Assembly: GCA_021811275.1 (NCBI GenBank)
Contig: JAJZPI010000004.1
Coordinates: forward strand, 106-64,105
From: Deltaproteobacteria bacterium
Lineage (GTDB): Bacteria; Desulfobacterota; Desulfarculia; Desulfarculales; Desulfarculaceae
Length of the DNA: 64,000 nt
Direction: 5' to 3'
The notes beneath the pieces were generated by a model, which was given only the letters and a program-made list of their open reading frames with translations, did not search any database and had not been told where the DNA came from. Shown one piece after another: positions 35,532-46,413 of the stretch. Position 1 is the stretch's first letter, and every line of letters begins with the position of its first letter. The position numbers and the translations under genes were made by a program.

Positions 35532-35801
35532 TTAGCTCGCCGCCGGGGCCTCGGCCTGGGGCCAGAGCCCGCGGGACTTCAGCAGGCTGCCGACGGTGTC
35601 CGTGGGCTGCGCGCCGGCGGCGACCCACTTGTTAAGCAGATCAGCCTTCACGTTGATCTGGGCGGGGTTCTGATGGGGATCGTAGGTGCCCAAAATCTCA
35701 AGGAAGGAGCCGTCGCGCGGGGCCTGGGAGTCAGCGGCCACGATACGGTACATGGGCTTTTTCTTGGCGCCCATGCGGGTCAGTCGAATCCTCACTGCCA
35801 T
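35532..35801 (-). CDS. rpsP: 30S ribosomal protein S16
   Basis: 89-aa ORF starting MAVRIRLTRMGAKKKPMYRIV. Confidence 0.93.
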   Translation of the reverse strand: MAVRIRLTRMGAKKKPMYRIVAADSQAPRDGSFLEILGTYDPHQNPAQINVKADLLNKWVAAGAQPTDTVGSLLKSRGLWPQAEAPAAS

Positions 35802-35853
35802 TTTGTCTCGCCTGTCTCCAGTTCCAACTGGTTGGTTGAAGGGTCCGGGCCAC

Positions 35854-37191
<1,338 letters not shown>

Positions 37192-37445
37192 GAGCCTAAC
37201 ATCCGCTCAACATTAACCGCCGCTGCATGAGGTCCGCGCGCCAGCCCGTAAACTGAGGGATTATATGGGACGTCCTCAGCCTCGTCAACCAGTTAACATT
37301 TTGGCGACAAGAATGCCCTCTTGTGAAATATACCAAAATACAGCGCTTGTTTTCAATCGCCGTTATCCGCCGGCGGCGCGCCGAGGCCGGGCACGGCCCG
37401 GTGTTCGGCTGGATTTCCCGGCCCGTAATGAGTATAAAGGTTTTT

Positions 37446-38498
37446 ATGGAAAATCAATCCCTGCTGGCCTTGGACGTTGGCGGCGGCACCCAGGACCTGC
37501 TCCTGTGGCGGACCGGCCAGCCCATCGAAAACGCGGTCAAGATGGTGTTGCCCGCTCCCACCCAGGTGGCGGCGGCCCGGGTGCGCGCCGCGCGCGGCCG
37601 GGGCCGCGACGTCTTTCTGCGGGGTTGGCTCATGGGCGGCGGGGCCCTGCACCGGGCCGTGGGGGAGCATATCGAGGCCGGGCTCAGGGTCTACGCCACC
37701 CCGGCGGCGGCTTCCTCCCTGGCCGACGACCTCAAGCGGGTGTCCGCCCAGGGCGTTATCATAGCCGACCAGGCCCCGGAGACGGCCGAGGTGGTACCCA
37801 CCACCGACCTGGACCTGGAGGCATTGGAAAAAGCCTTGGGCCTGTTCGAGGTGGAGCTTCCCCGCCGCCTGGCCGTGGCGGTCTGCGACCACGGCTACGC
37901 CCCCGGTATCTCCAACCGCAAATTTCGCTTCGCCCAATGGGAAAACTTCCTGGCCCGGGGAGGAGAGCTCGGCGACCTCATCGCCGACCAGGCCCCGCCC
38001 CAGCTGACCCGCCTGGCCGCCATCAGCGCCCAGGCCCCGGGGTCCTTGCTCATGGACACCGCCGCCGCCGCGGCCTGGGGGGCCTTGGAGGACCCGGCCG
38101 TGGCCGCCCTTGCCCGGGCCGGGGTCTGCATCGTCAACCTGGGCAACATGCACACCGTGGCCTTCATGGTGCGGGAGGGCCGGGTCCTGGGGGTCTATGA
38201 GCACCACACCGGCTGCCTGGACGCCCCCACCCTGGCCAATCATCTGACCCGCTTCCTGGAAGGAACCTTGAGTGACGCCGAGGTCTTCGCCTCCCAGGGC
38301 CACGGCTGCGCCCGCCTGGCCGAAGCCCCCCGCGGCGGCTCCTGGCCGGTGGTGGTCACCGGACCCCGGCGGGCCCTGGTGGCGGGACTGGGCTGGCGGG
38401 TGGCCGTGCCCTTGGGCGACGTGATGCTCTCCGGCTGCTTCGGCCTGGTGGCCGCTGCGCGGGCGCGGGAGAAGATACAACCCTTCGGTCGACCCTAA
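37446..38498 (+). CDS. ASKHA-fold hypothetical protein (DUF1786-like)
   Basis: Starts MENQSLLALDVGGGTQD, a phosphate-1-type ASKHA motif. The ORF call from 37323 has an implausible basic leader. Confidence 0.55.
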   Translation: MENQSLLALDVGGGTQDLLLWRTGQPIENAVKMVLPAPTQVAAARVRAARGRGRDVFLRGWLMGGGALHRAVGEHIEAGLRVYATPAAASSLADDLKRVSAQGVIIADQAPETAEVVPTTDLDLEALEKALGLFEVELPRRLAVAVCDHGYAPGISNRKFRFAQWENFLARGGELGDLIADQAPPQLTRLAAISAQAPGSLLMDTAAAAAWGALEDPAVAALARAGVCIVNLGNMHTVAFMVREGRVLGVYEHHTGCLDAPTLANHLTRFLEGTLSDAEVFASQGHGCARLAEAPRGGSWPVVVTGPRRALVAGLGWRVAVPLGDVMLSGCFGLVAAARAREKIQPFGRP

Positions 38499-38536
38499 TA
38501 CAAGCCAACTACCACCTTGCTTTGGCTGGATATTTC

Positions 38537-40288
38537 ATGACCCGTCTGGAAGCCATGCCCCCCCTTTGGTCATTGGTCCTGGATGCCACTCACAACGGCG
38601 TGGTCATAATCGACCGCCAGGGCCGGGTGCTGGTCTTCAACCAGGCTGCCCGGCGCATGCTGGGCGATGTGATTGGCGAGCCGGTGGGGCGCCTCTTTTC
38701 CGAGATAAGGCCCGACACCTGGCCGGAGATGCGCCATATCCTGGAAACCGGCCAGGCCCAGATCGGCCGGCGCATCTCCCTGCCCGGCGCCACCATCATC
38801 GCCAACCGCAACCCCATCCTGGTGGACGGGCAGGTTGCCGGCGTCATCAGCATCTTTCAGGATATCAGCGAGTACGAAGCCATCATCAGCGAACTTCAGG
38901 GCTATCGCCGCCTGACCAGGGAACTGGAGGCCATTTTCGAATCCTCCCAGGACGGCCTCTACATCGCCGACGGCCACGCCATCGGCATCCGGGCCAACCG
39001 CGCCTATGAGAGCATTACCGGACTCAAACGCCAAGACCTGCTGGGCAAGTCCCTGCAACAGCTGGTGGACGAGGGTTTCATCGACCAGTCGGTGACCCTG
39101 GAGGTGCTCAAGCAGGGCAAGCAGGTCACCATCATGCAGGCCATCAAGGGCGACAAGATGGTGATGGTCACCGGCACCCCGGTGTTCGACGACGACGGCC
39201 ACATCGCCCTGGTGGTCACCAACGTGCGCGACCTGACCAATCTGAACCAGCTGAGGGCCCAGTTGGAGGAAAGCAAGCGCCTGACCTCGCGCTATTACGA
39301 AACCTTGCTGGAGCAGGAGAAGTTCGAGCACGCGCTTCAGGACATGGTCGTGCGCAGCAACTCGTTGGTGCAGGTGGTGCGCAAGGCCATCAAGGTGGCC
39401 GGCGCGGCCACCTCGGTGCTCATCCATGGCGAATCCGGGGTGGGCAAGAGCATGCTGGCCCGCATCATCCACCAGATGAGCCCCCTGAAGGACGGCCCCT
39501 TCGTCAAGATCAACTGCGGCACCATCCCCGAGGCCCTGATGGAGAGCGAGCTTTTCGGTTACGTCAAGGGCGCCTTCACCGGGGCCGCGCCAGAGGGCAA
39601 GGCCGGCCTGGTGGAAATCGGCCACGGCGGCACGGTCTTCCTGGACGAGGTGGGCGACCTCACTCCGGCCATGCAGGTCAAGCTCCTGCAAGTCATAGAG
39701 GAAAAGACCTTCACCCGAGTGGGCGGCACCCGCACCGTGGCCGTAGAGGTGCGCATCCTGGCCGCCACCAACCGCGACCTCAAGGAACTGGTGGACAGGG
39801 GCCAGTTCCGCAAGGACCTTTACTACCGCCTGAACGTCATCCCCATCCATATCCCGCCTCTGCGCGCCAGGCGCGAGGACATCCCGGCCCTGGCCCTGAA
39901 CATCCTGGAAAAATTCAACAAGTCCATGGGCCTGCTAAAAAGGATGGAGCCGGAGGTGCTGGACCTTCTCATGCGCTACGACTATCCGGGCAACGTACGC
40001 GAGCTGATCAACATCATGGAGCGCATGATCGTAATGAGCGAGGGGGATCTCATCAGCCTGGCCGACCTGCCCGGCGAGCTGAAGCAGCCGGCGGCCAGCC
40101 GGTCCGAGCCCTGGGGGGAAGAGGGTCTTACCCTGAAACAAGCGGTGGAGGCGCTGGAGACGCACCTTATCCGAGGGGCCCTCAAACGCCATGAGAGCGT
40201 GGCCCTGGCCGCCCGGGCCCTGGGGGTGCACCCCAGCACCCTCTGGCGCAAACTCGCGCGCGCGGAGACAGAGGACGCTTTGCAATAA
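38537..40288 (+). CDS. PAS-domain sigma-54-dependent transcriptional activator
   Basis: It has two PAS-like regions, the AAA+ motifs GESGVGKS and GAFTGA, and a C-terminal HTH (AARALGVHPSTLWRKL). The ATG is at 38537 and the ORF opens at a TTG at 38522. Confidence 0.85.
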   Translation: MTRLEAMPPLWSLVLDATHNGVVIIDRQGRVLVFNQAARRMLGDVIGEPVGRLFSEIRPDTWPEMRHILETGQAQIGRRISLPGATIIANRNPILVDGQVAGVISIFQDISEYEAIISELQGYRRLTRELEAIFESSQDGLYIADGHAIGIRANRAYESITGLKRQDLLGKSLQQLVDEGFIDQSVTLEVLKQGKQVTIMQAIKGDKMVMVTGTPVFDDDGHIALVVTNVRDLTNLNQLRAQLEESKRLTSRYYETLLEQEKFEHALQDMVVRSNSLVQVVRKAIKVAGAATSVLIHGESGVGKSMLARIIHQMSPLKDGPFVKINCGTIPEALMESELFGYVKGAFTGAAPEGKAGLVEIGHGGTVFLDEVGDLTPAMQVKLLQVIEEKTFTRVGGTRTVAVEVRILAATNRDLKELVDRGQFRKDLYYRLNVIPIHIPPLRARREDIPALALNILEKFNKSMGLLKRMEPEVLDLLMRYDYPGNVRELINIMERMIVMSEGDLISLADLPGELKQPAASRSEPWGEEGLTLKQAVEALETHLIRGALKRHESVALAARALGVHPSTLWRKLARAETEDALQ

Positions 40289-40312
40289 TGCTATTATGTC
40301 GCATTATTGCAA
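40280..40312. promoter_or_regulatory. Perfect 12-bp inverted repeat TTGCAATAATGC-N9-GCATTATTGCAA, candidate UAS or terminator
   Basis: Read directly. It overlaps the activator stop codon and lies about 170 nt upstream of the sigma-54 promoter. A related TTGCAATA half-site follows about 100 bp downstream. Confidence 0.45.
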
Positions 40313-40467
40313 CAAATACTTATCACTTCGATTTTTATCGCCTAATCCAACAAATCTTCCGTATGCGCTAATTTCTCAATAGCATTTTTGCAATACGACT
40401 TATCTGGGCCGTCGATCCTCGGCCTTCCAAACATCCATCTTATTGACTGGTTACAACCTAGCTGCCT

Positions 40468-40482
40468 TGGCATGCATGTTGC
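40468..40482 (+). promoter_or_regulatory. Sigma-54 (-24/-12) promoter TGGCAT-GCATG-TTGC upstream of the ABC transporter operon
   Basis: Canonical spacing with one mismatch. It lies 68 nt upstream of the substrate-binding protein ATG. Confidence 0.8.
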
Positions 40483-40549
40483 TCCTTGGTGGCTGGATTT
40501 GGAGAGCAACCAATTGGTCTCGACCAATCAACACAAGGAGGGATGAAGT

Positions 40550-41824
40550 ATGAGAGGTAAAGCTTGGGCCTTGGTCGCCCTGGCCTTGGCAATGGCGATG
40601 CTGGTTCCCGCGGTGGCCGGCGCCGAAGACAAGGTCGTCAAAATTGGGGCGCTTTACCCCATGACCGGGCGAGCCGGCCTCTACGGCCTGGATTCGGTGG
40701 CCGCGGCCGAGATGGCCATCGCCGAAATCAACGGCAAGGGTGGGGTCAAGGGGTATAAGCTGGAGCTGATATCCACTGACAGCCAGGCCAAGCCCGACTA
40801 CTCCGTGCAGGTGGCCAAGCGCTACATCACCAGCGACAACGTGCACTTCCTCTTCGGCGTGGTCAGCTCGGGCGTGGGCCTGGCCCTGACCGAAGTCTCC
40901 AAGCAGTACAAGAAAATCTTCATCGGCACCGACCACGCCTCCACCCAGCTGACCGTGGACAAGCTCCAGCCCTATTATTTCCGGGTATCCAACAACACCT
41001 TCCAGTCCATGGCCGCCGGCGCCCTGGACCTGAAGGAGCGCCAGAAGGCCAAGCCCTGGCAGACCATTGCCTACATCGGACCCGACTATGCCTATGGCCA
41101 CGATCAGTGGAACGAGCTCAAGTACAACCTGGACCGCTTCGGCGTGAAGTACAAGGTAGTCGGCGAGTACTGGCCCAAGCTGGCCGCGCCCGACTACACC
41201 GCCTTCATCACCTCGATCATCAAGGACAAGCCCGACATCCTCATCTCCGGCCTCTGGGGCGGCGACACCGTGGCCTTCATCAAGCAGGCGCTGCCCTACG
41301 GCCTGTTCCAGAAGACCCTCTTCTGCAGCCCCGACGCCGGCGGCAACTATGAGGTCATGAGCGCGACCGGCGACGAGCTGGCCCTGGGTCTGGTGCTTTC
41401 GGCCCGCCACCACAACAACTGGCCCGGGACCGAGGCCAACAAGAAGTTCGTTTCAGACTTCTTCAAGAAGACCGGCCGCTATCCCTCCTACTCCGCCGAG
41501 GGCGCCTACGCCGGCGTTTACGCCATCGCCCAGGCCGTGGAGAAGGTCGGCAACCCCGACGACGCCGAAGCCCTGGTCAAGGCGTTCGAGGGCATGAAGC
41601 TCAAGCTGCCCGAAGACCCCGATGGCTTCACCTCCTACATCGACCCCCTGACCCACCAGATCGTCCAGGTCCAGGCCATCGGCGAGACCGTGGCCAACAA
41701 GGACTTCCCGCCCGCCACCCGCATGCTGGGCAACTGGAAGATCTACAAGGCCCAGGAGATTCTGCCTCCGCCCGAGTACCTGAAGGAACACGGCAGCGAC
41801 TACCTCAAGGGCCGCATGAAGTAG
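40550..41824 (+). CDS. ABC transporter substrate-binding protein (LivK/Peripla_BP_6 type), set 1
   Basis: 424-aa ORF with a signal peptide and VKIGALYPMTGRAGLYG, typical of the family. Confidence 0.85.
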   Translation: MRGKAWALVALALAMAMLVPAVAGAEDKVVKIGALYPMTGRAGLYGLDSVAAAEMAIAEINGKGGVKGYKLELISTDSQAKPDYSVQVAKRYITSDNVHFLFGVVSSGVGLALTEVSKQYKKIFIGTDHASTQLTVDKLQPYYFRVSNNTFQSMAAGALDLKERQKAKPWQTIAYIGPDYAYGHDQWNELKYNLDRFGVKYKVVGEYWPKLAAPDYTAFITSIIKDKPDILISGLWGGDTVAFIKQALPYGLFQKTLFCSPDAGGNYEVMSATGDELALGLVLSARHHNNWPGTEANKKFVSDFFKKTGRYPSYSAEGAYAGVYAIAQAVEKVGNPDDAEALVKAFEGMKLKLPEDPDGFTSYIDPLTHQIVQVQAIGETVANKDFPPATRMLGNWKIYKAQEILPPPEYLKEHGSDYLKGRMK

Positions 41825-41885
41825 AGATCATAAACATCAGGACGGCCCGGGGACCATTGACGGTCCCCGGGCCATCGAGGGCCAG

Positions 41886-42773
41886 ATGGATTCTTCGTTT
41901 CTCCTGGTGCAATTCGTCAGCGGCCTGACCATGGCCACCCTGCTCTTTCTGGTGGCCAGCGGGCTGACCCTGATCTTCGGCGTGGGCGGGGTCTTCAACT
42001 TCGCCCACGGCTCCTTCTACATGCTGGGGGCCTATCTGGCCTACACCGTGGTTTCCCTGGCCCACGGCAACTTCTGGGTGGCGGTTCTGGCGGCCGGCTT
42101 GGGAGCTGGCGTGGCGGGCATGATCGCCGAGGCCGCCTTCCTGCGCCGCATCTACGGCCGCAGCGAGGAAGGCGGCTTCCAGATATTGCTCACCTACAGC
42201 CTCATCCTCATCATAGACGACCTGGTCAAGCTGGTCTGGGGCACCGAGTACAAGAGCCTGTCCCGGCCGGCCGGCTTCACCGGCTCGCTAGTGATCGGCG
42301 ATGTCACCCTGCCCTCCTACAACCTGGCCATCGTGGGCGTGGGGCTCCTCGTGGTGGTGGTGGCCTGGTGGGTGCTTTCGCGCACCCGCCCCGGGCGCAT
42401 CGCCCGCGCCACCGCCCTGGATCGCGAAACCATGGGCGTGCTGGGGGTCAACGTGCCGCTCACCATGACCCTGGTCTTCGGCATCGCCACCGCCCTGGGC
42501 GGCATCACCGGGGCCTTGGCCGCGCCCCTGCGCTCGGTCACTCCCGGCGCGGGCATCGAGGTGATCATCGACTCGCTAATCGTGGTGGTGCTGGGCGGCA
42601 TGGGCAACTTCTGGGGGGCCTGGCTGGCGGCGCTCCTGCTGGGCGAGGTCAACGCCATCGCCGTGGCCACGGTGCCGGAGTGGGCCAGCCTTTTCAGCTA
42701 CCTGGTCATGGTCGTCACCCTGATCTTCAAACCCGAGGGCCTGTTCGCGCCCCGCCAGGTTAGAAAGGTTTAG
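41886..42773 (+). CDS. Branched-chain-amino-acid-type ABC permease (LivH-like), set 1
   Basis: 295-aa polytopic ORF with FNFAHGSFYMLGAY. Confidence 0.85.
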   Translation: MDSSFLLVQFVSGLTMATLLFLVASGLTLIFGVGGVFNFAHGSFYMLGAYLAYTVVSLAHGNFWVAVLAAGLGAGVAGMIAEAAFLRRIYGRSEEGGFQILLTYSLILIIDDLVKLVWGTEYKSLSRPAGFTGSLVIGDVTLPSYNLAIVGVGLLVVVVAWWVLSRTRPGRIARATALDRETMGVLGVNVPLTMTLVFGIATALGGITGALAAPLRSVTPGAGIEVIIDSLIVVVLGGMGNFWGAWLAALLLGEVNAIAVATVPEWASLFSYLVMVVTLIFKPEGLFAPRQVRKV

Positions 42774-42775
42774 CC

Positions 42776-43738
42776 ATGGAGGCCGCGAGCGACAAGAAGG
42801 CTCTCCTGTTCTGGGGGCTGTTCCTGGTGGTCTTCGCCCTGGTCCCCATTTCCCGCAACGACTATTACCTGGCCATGGCCAACCGCATCCTGGTCTGGGG
42901 CATGTTCGCAGTGGCCTTCAACATGCTCTTCGGCGTGACCGGCATGCTCTCCTTCGGCCAGGCCCTGTTCTTCGGCCTGGGCGGCTACGGCGTGGGGCTC
43001 ATGGTCAAGTACCTGGGCCAGGCCTGGTTCCTGGCCGGCCTGGGCGCTGGCGTGGCGGCGGCGGCGGTTGTGGCCTACCTGCTGGGCTACCTGGTCATCC
43101 GGGTCAGCGGGGTCTTCTTCACCATCTTGACCCTGGCCTTCGGCCAGCTAGCCTGGCAGATCACCTTCCGCTGGTATCGCGTCACCGGCGGCGACGACGG
43201 AATCCAGGGCCTGGTGCCCACCGGCATCCTGGGCGACCATATCGTCTACTACTACTTCTGCCTCATCCTGGTAGCCTGCTCCGTCTGGTTCCTGAAGCGC
43301 CTGTCCGCCTCGCCCCAGGGCCTGATCCTGCGCTGCGTGCGCCAGAACCCGGCCCGGGTGCGCTTCCTGGGCCGGCGGGTGCGGCGCAACCAAAGGCGCA
43401 TCTACGTCATCAGCTCGGTCTTCGCGGCCCTGGCCGGCGGGCTCATGGCCGGAGTGGACAACTCCATTCACACCAACATGCTCAACTGGACCACCTCCGG
43501 CGAGGTGATCTTGATGTCGGTGTTGGGGGGCATCCACCAGTTCTTCGGACCCTTCATCGGAGCTGCGGTCATCAAGGTCATCGAGGACGTGGTGGGAGCG
43601 CGAACCGAATACTGGTCGCTGATCATAGGCCTGGTGATGATGACCATGGTGCTTCTGTTCCCCCGCGGCCTGGTCGGTGAGTGGGTGTCGTTCAAGGCCC
43701 GCATGAGGTCTGGCGGCGCGCGCAAGGAGGGGGTGTGA
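42776..43738 (+). CDS. Branched-chain-amino-acid-type ABC permease (LivM-like), set 1
   Basis: 320-aa polytopic ORF with GMLSFGQALFFGLGGY. Confidence 0.85.
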   Translation: MEAASDKKALLFWGLFLVVFALVPISRNDYYLAMANRILVWGMFAVAFNMLFGVTGMLSFGQALFFGLGGYGVGLMVKYLGQAWFLAGLGAGVAAAAVVAYLLGYLVIRVSGVFFTILTLAFGQLAWQITFRWYRVTGGDDGIQGLVPTGILGDHIVYYYFCLILVACSVWFLKRLSASPQGLILRCVRQNPARVRFLGRRVRRNQRRIYVISSVFAALAGGLMAGVDNSIHTNMLNWTTSGEVILMSVLGGIHQFFGPFIGAAVIKVIEDVVGARTEYWSLIIGLVMMTMVLLFPRGLVGEWVSFKARMRSGGARKEGV

Positions 43739-43739
43739 C

Positions 43740-44492
43740 ATGCAGCCCATCCTTGAACTGAGCGGCGTGGTCAAGGCCTTCGGCGGCCTGGTGGTCACCG
43801 ACGAGGTGAGCTTCAAGGTCCTGCCGGGGGAGATATCGGCCATCATCGGCCCCAACGGCGCGGGCAAGACCACCCTGTTCAATCAGATAACCGGGGCGCT
43901 GAAACCCGACCGAGGGAGCATCACCTTCCAAGGAACGGACATCACCGGGTTGGACACCCAGGAGATAGTGGCCAGGGGCATGGGCCGGGCCTTCCAGATC
44001 ACCTCCATCTTCCCCGAGGAGACGGTGCTGGACAACGTGCGCGTGGCCTGCCTGTCGCGGGCGGGCCATACCAGGCAGCCACTCAAGGGCCTTGGCGCCT
44101 ACAAGAGCTCCACGGAAAAGGCCATGGCCCTGCTCACGAGCCTGGGCTTGGCCGACCAAGCCCACCGCCTGGCCTTCGAGCTGGCCCACGGCGACCAGAA
44201 GCTCTTGGATATCGGGGTGGCCCTGGGCCTGGAGCCCAAGCTGCTGCTTTTGGACGAGCCCACCGCGGGCATGAGTCCGGAGGAGCGGCACCTGACGCGA
44301 ACCCTGGTGCAAAAGCTCTGGAAGGAGTTCAACCTCACCCTGATCTTCATCGAGCACGACATGGACACCGTATTCGGCATCGCCCAGGTGGTGCGGGTGC
44401 TCCAACAGGGCAGGCTCCTGGCCGAGGGCACGCCCGACGAGATCCGAGCCAACCCCGAGGTGGTGAAGGCCTACCTGGGGGAGGAGCTGTGA
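43740..44492 (+). CDS. ABC transporter ATP-binding protein (LivG-like), set 1
   Basis: Walker A GPNGAGKTT, signature region and Walker B LLLLDEP. Confidence 0.88.
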   Translation: MQPILELSGVVKAFGGLVVTDEVSFKVLPGEISAIIGPNGAGKTTLFNQITGALKPDRGSITFQGTDITGLDTQEIVARGMGRAFQITSIFPEETVLDNVRVACLSRAGHTRQPLKGLGAYKSSTEKAMALLTSLGLADQAHRLAFELAHGDQKLLDIGVALGLEPKLLLLDEPTAGMSPEERHLTRTLVQKLWKEFNLTLIFIEHDMDTVFGIAQVVRVLQQGRLLAEGTPDEIRANPEVVKAYLGEEL

Positions 44493-45196
44493 TGGACACT
44501 ATCCTGGAGGCGGTAGGCCTCAACACCTATTACGCCCGCAGCCACATCCTCTTCGATGTAAGCCTCACCGTAGCCCACGGCGAGACGGTCTGCCTCATGG
44601 GGCGCAACGGCGCCGGCAAGACCACCACCTTCCGCTCGCTCATGGGGCTCACCCCTCCCAGGAAGGGCAAGGTGATTTTCAAGGGCGTGGACCGCACCCG
44701 CCAGCCTTCGCACAAGATGGCCCGGCTGGGCCTGGGCTTCGTGCCCGAAGACCGGCGCATCCTGGGCCCCTTCACCGTGCGCGAGAACCTGGAACTGGGG
44801 CGCATCCCCGGACGCAAGGGGCATTGGAGCCTGGGCACGGTGCTGGAGCATTTCCCCTCGCTCACCCCCATGCTCGACCGCCTGGGAGGAGCGCTCTCCG
44901 GCGGCGAGCAGCAGATGCTTACCATCGCCCGGGCGCTCATGGGCAACCCCGACGTGCTGCTCCTGGACGAGCCCACCGAGGGACTCTCGCCGGTGATCGT
45001 GGGTACCCTGAAGGACCTGGTGATGAGTTTGAAACTGGCCAACACCACGATCCTTCTGAGTGAGCAGAACATTCGTTTCGCCATGGCGGTGTCGGACCGG
45101 GTGGTGGTCATCGACAAGGGCCAGGTGGTCTACTCCGGCACCATGACCCAGTTCAAGCAAGAGTCGGAAATACAGAAAAAATACCTGGCGGTCTAG
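44489..45196 (+). CDS. ABC transporter ATP-binding protein (LivF-like), set 1
   Basis: Walker A GRNGAGKTT, LSGGEQQML and LLLLDEP. It overlaps the LivG-like gene by 4 nt. Confidence 0.88.
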   Translation: MMDTILEAVGLNTYYARSHILFDVSLTVAHGETVCLMGRNGAGKTTTFRSLMGLTPPRKGKVIFKGVDRTRQPSHKMARLGLGFVPEDRRILGPFTVRENLELGRIPGRKGHWSLGTVLEHFPSLTPMLDRLGGALSGGEQQMLTIARALMGNPDVLLLDEPTEGLSPVIVGTLKDLVMSLKLANTTILLSEQNIRFAMAVSDRVVVIDKGQVVYSGTMTQFKQESEIQKKYLAV

Positions 45197-45230
45197 GCGC
45201 CAGCGAAGGCCTTACAGGAGAGCATTCCGC

Positions 45231-46391
45231 ATGGATAATACAGTTCGCTTCTTCCAGACCACGCCGCGCCTGATCATGGGCCCCGGTTCGATCAACAACA
45301 CCCCCCAGGAGGTCAAACGCCTGGGGGGCCGGAAGGTGCTGGTGGTCACCGATCCGGGCCTGGTCAAGAGCGGCATCGTCGAACGCCTGGAGACCATCCT
45401 GGACGCGGCCAAGATCAAGCACGGCCGCTTCGACCAAGTGCTGGCCGACCCGCCCTACGAGATCGCCGTCGAGGCCGCGGCCGCGGTGCAGGCCCTGGGC
45501 GCCCAGGTCATCATCGGCATCGGCGGCGGTTCAGCCTTGGACATCGCCAAGGTGGCCTCCCTCCTGGCCACCAACGGCGGTCCCGTCGAAAGCTTCTTCG
45601 GCGTAGACGTGGTGCCCAAACCGGGTCTCAAGACCGTCCTGATCCCCACCACCGCCGGCACCGGCAGCGAGGTCACGCCCATCGCCATTCTTTCCGACCA
45701 CCACGAGAAGCTCAAGAAGGGCATCGTGACCCCCTTCCTCTTCCCGGCCGCGGCCATCCTGGACCCCCAACTGACCCTGGGCCTGCCGGCGGCGGTCACT
45801 GCGGCCACGGGCATGGACGCGCTCATACATGCCGTGGAGGCCTACACCAGCAAGAACGCCACCTCCATGAGCGACATGTTTGCGTTATCGGCCATGAAGC
45901 TGATTTTCGACAACCTGCGCACCGCGTTCGCCAACGGCGGCGACCTGCCCGCCCGCTCGGCCATGCTGGAGGGCAGCCTGCTTGCCGGCATGGCCTTCGC
46001 CAACGCCGGGGTCACCGCGGTGCACGCCTTCGCCTATCCCATCGGGGCGGAGTTCCATATCCCCCATGGCGTGGCCAACAGCATAATGCTGGCCCCGGTC
46101 ATGGAGTTCAACATGCTGGGCAACCTGCCCAAGTTCGCCCAAATGGCCGAGGTCTTCGGCGAGGACACCTCGGGGCTGTCCGACCGCGAGGCGGCGCTGA
46201 TGGCTGTGGAGGCCATGCGCACCCTGGCCGAGGACCTGCGGGTGCCCATGAGCCTGTCCCAGTTCGGGGTCAAGGACCAAGACGTCCCGACCCTGGCCGA
46301 AGGGGTGATGAAGGTAACGCGGCTGCTGGCCAACAACCCGCGCGAACTGACCCAGGCCGATGCCGAGGCCATTTACCGCCGCGTGCTTTAG
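45231..46391 (+). CDS. Iron-containing (group III) alcohol dehydrogenase
   Basis: 386-aa ORF with GIGGGSALDIAK, PTTAGTGSEVT and His-rich metal-site motifs. Confidence 0.88.
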   Translation: MDNTVRFFQTTPRLIMGPGSINNTPQEVKRLGGRKVLVVTDPGLVKSGIVERLETILDAAKIKHGRFDQVLADPPYEIAVEAAAAVQALGAQVIIGIGGGSALDIAKVASLLATNGGPVESFFGVDVVPKPGLKTVLIPTTAGTGSEVTPIAILSDHHEKLKKGIVTPFLFPAAAILDPQLTLGLPAAVTAATGMDALIHAVEAYTSKNATSMSDMFALSAMKLIFDNLRTAFANGGDLPARSAMLEGSLLAGMAFANAGVTAVHAFAYPIGAEFHIPHGVANSIMLAPVMEFNMLGNLPKFAQMAEVFGEDTSGLSDREAALMAVEAMRTLAEDLRVPMSLSQFGVKDQDVPTLAEGVMKVTRLLANNPRELTQADAEAIYRRVL

Positions 46392-46413
46392 GCGCTGCCA
46401 AGGGAGCTTTGAC

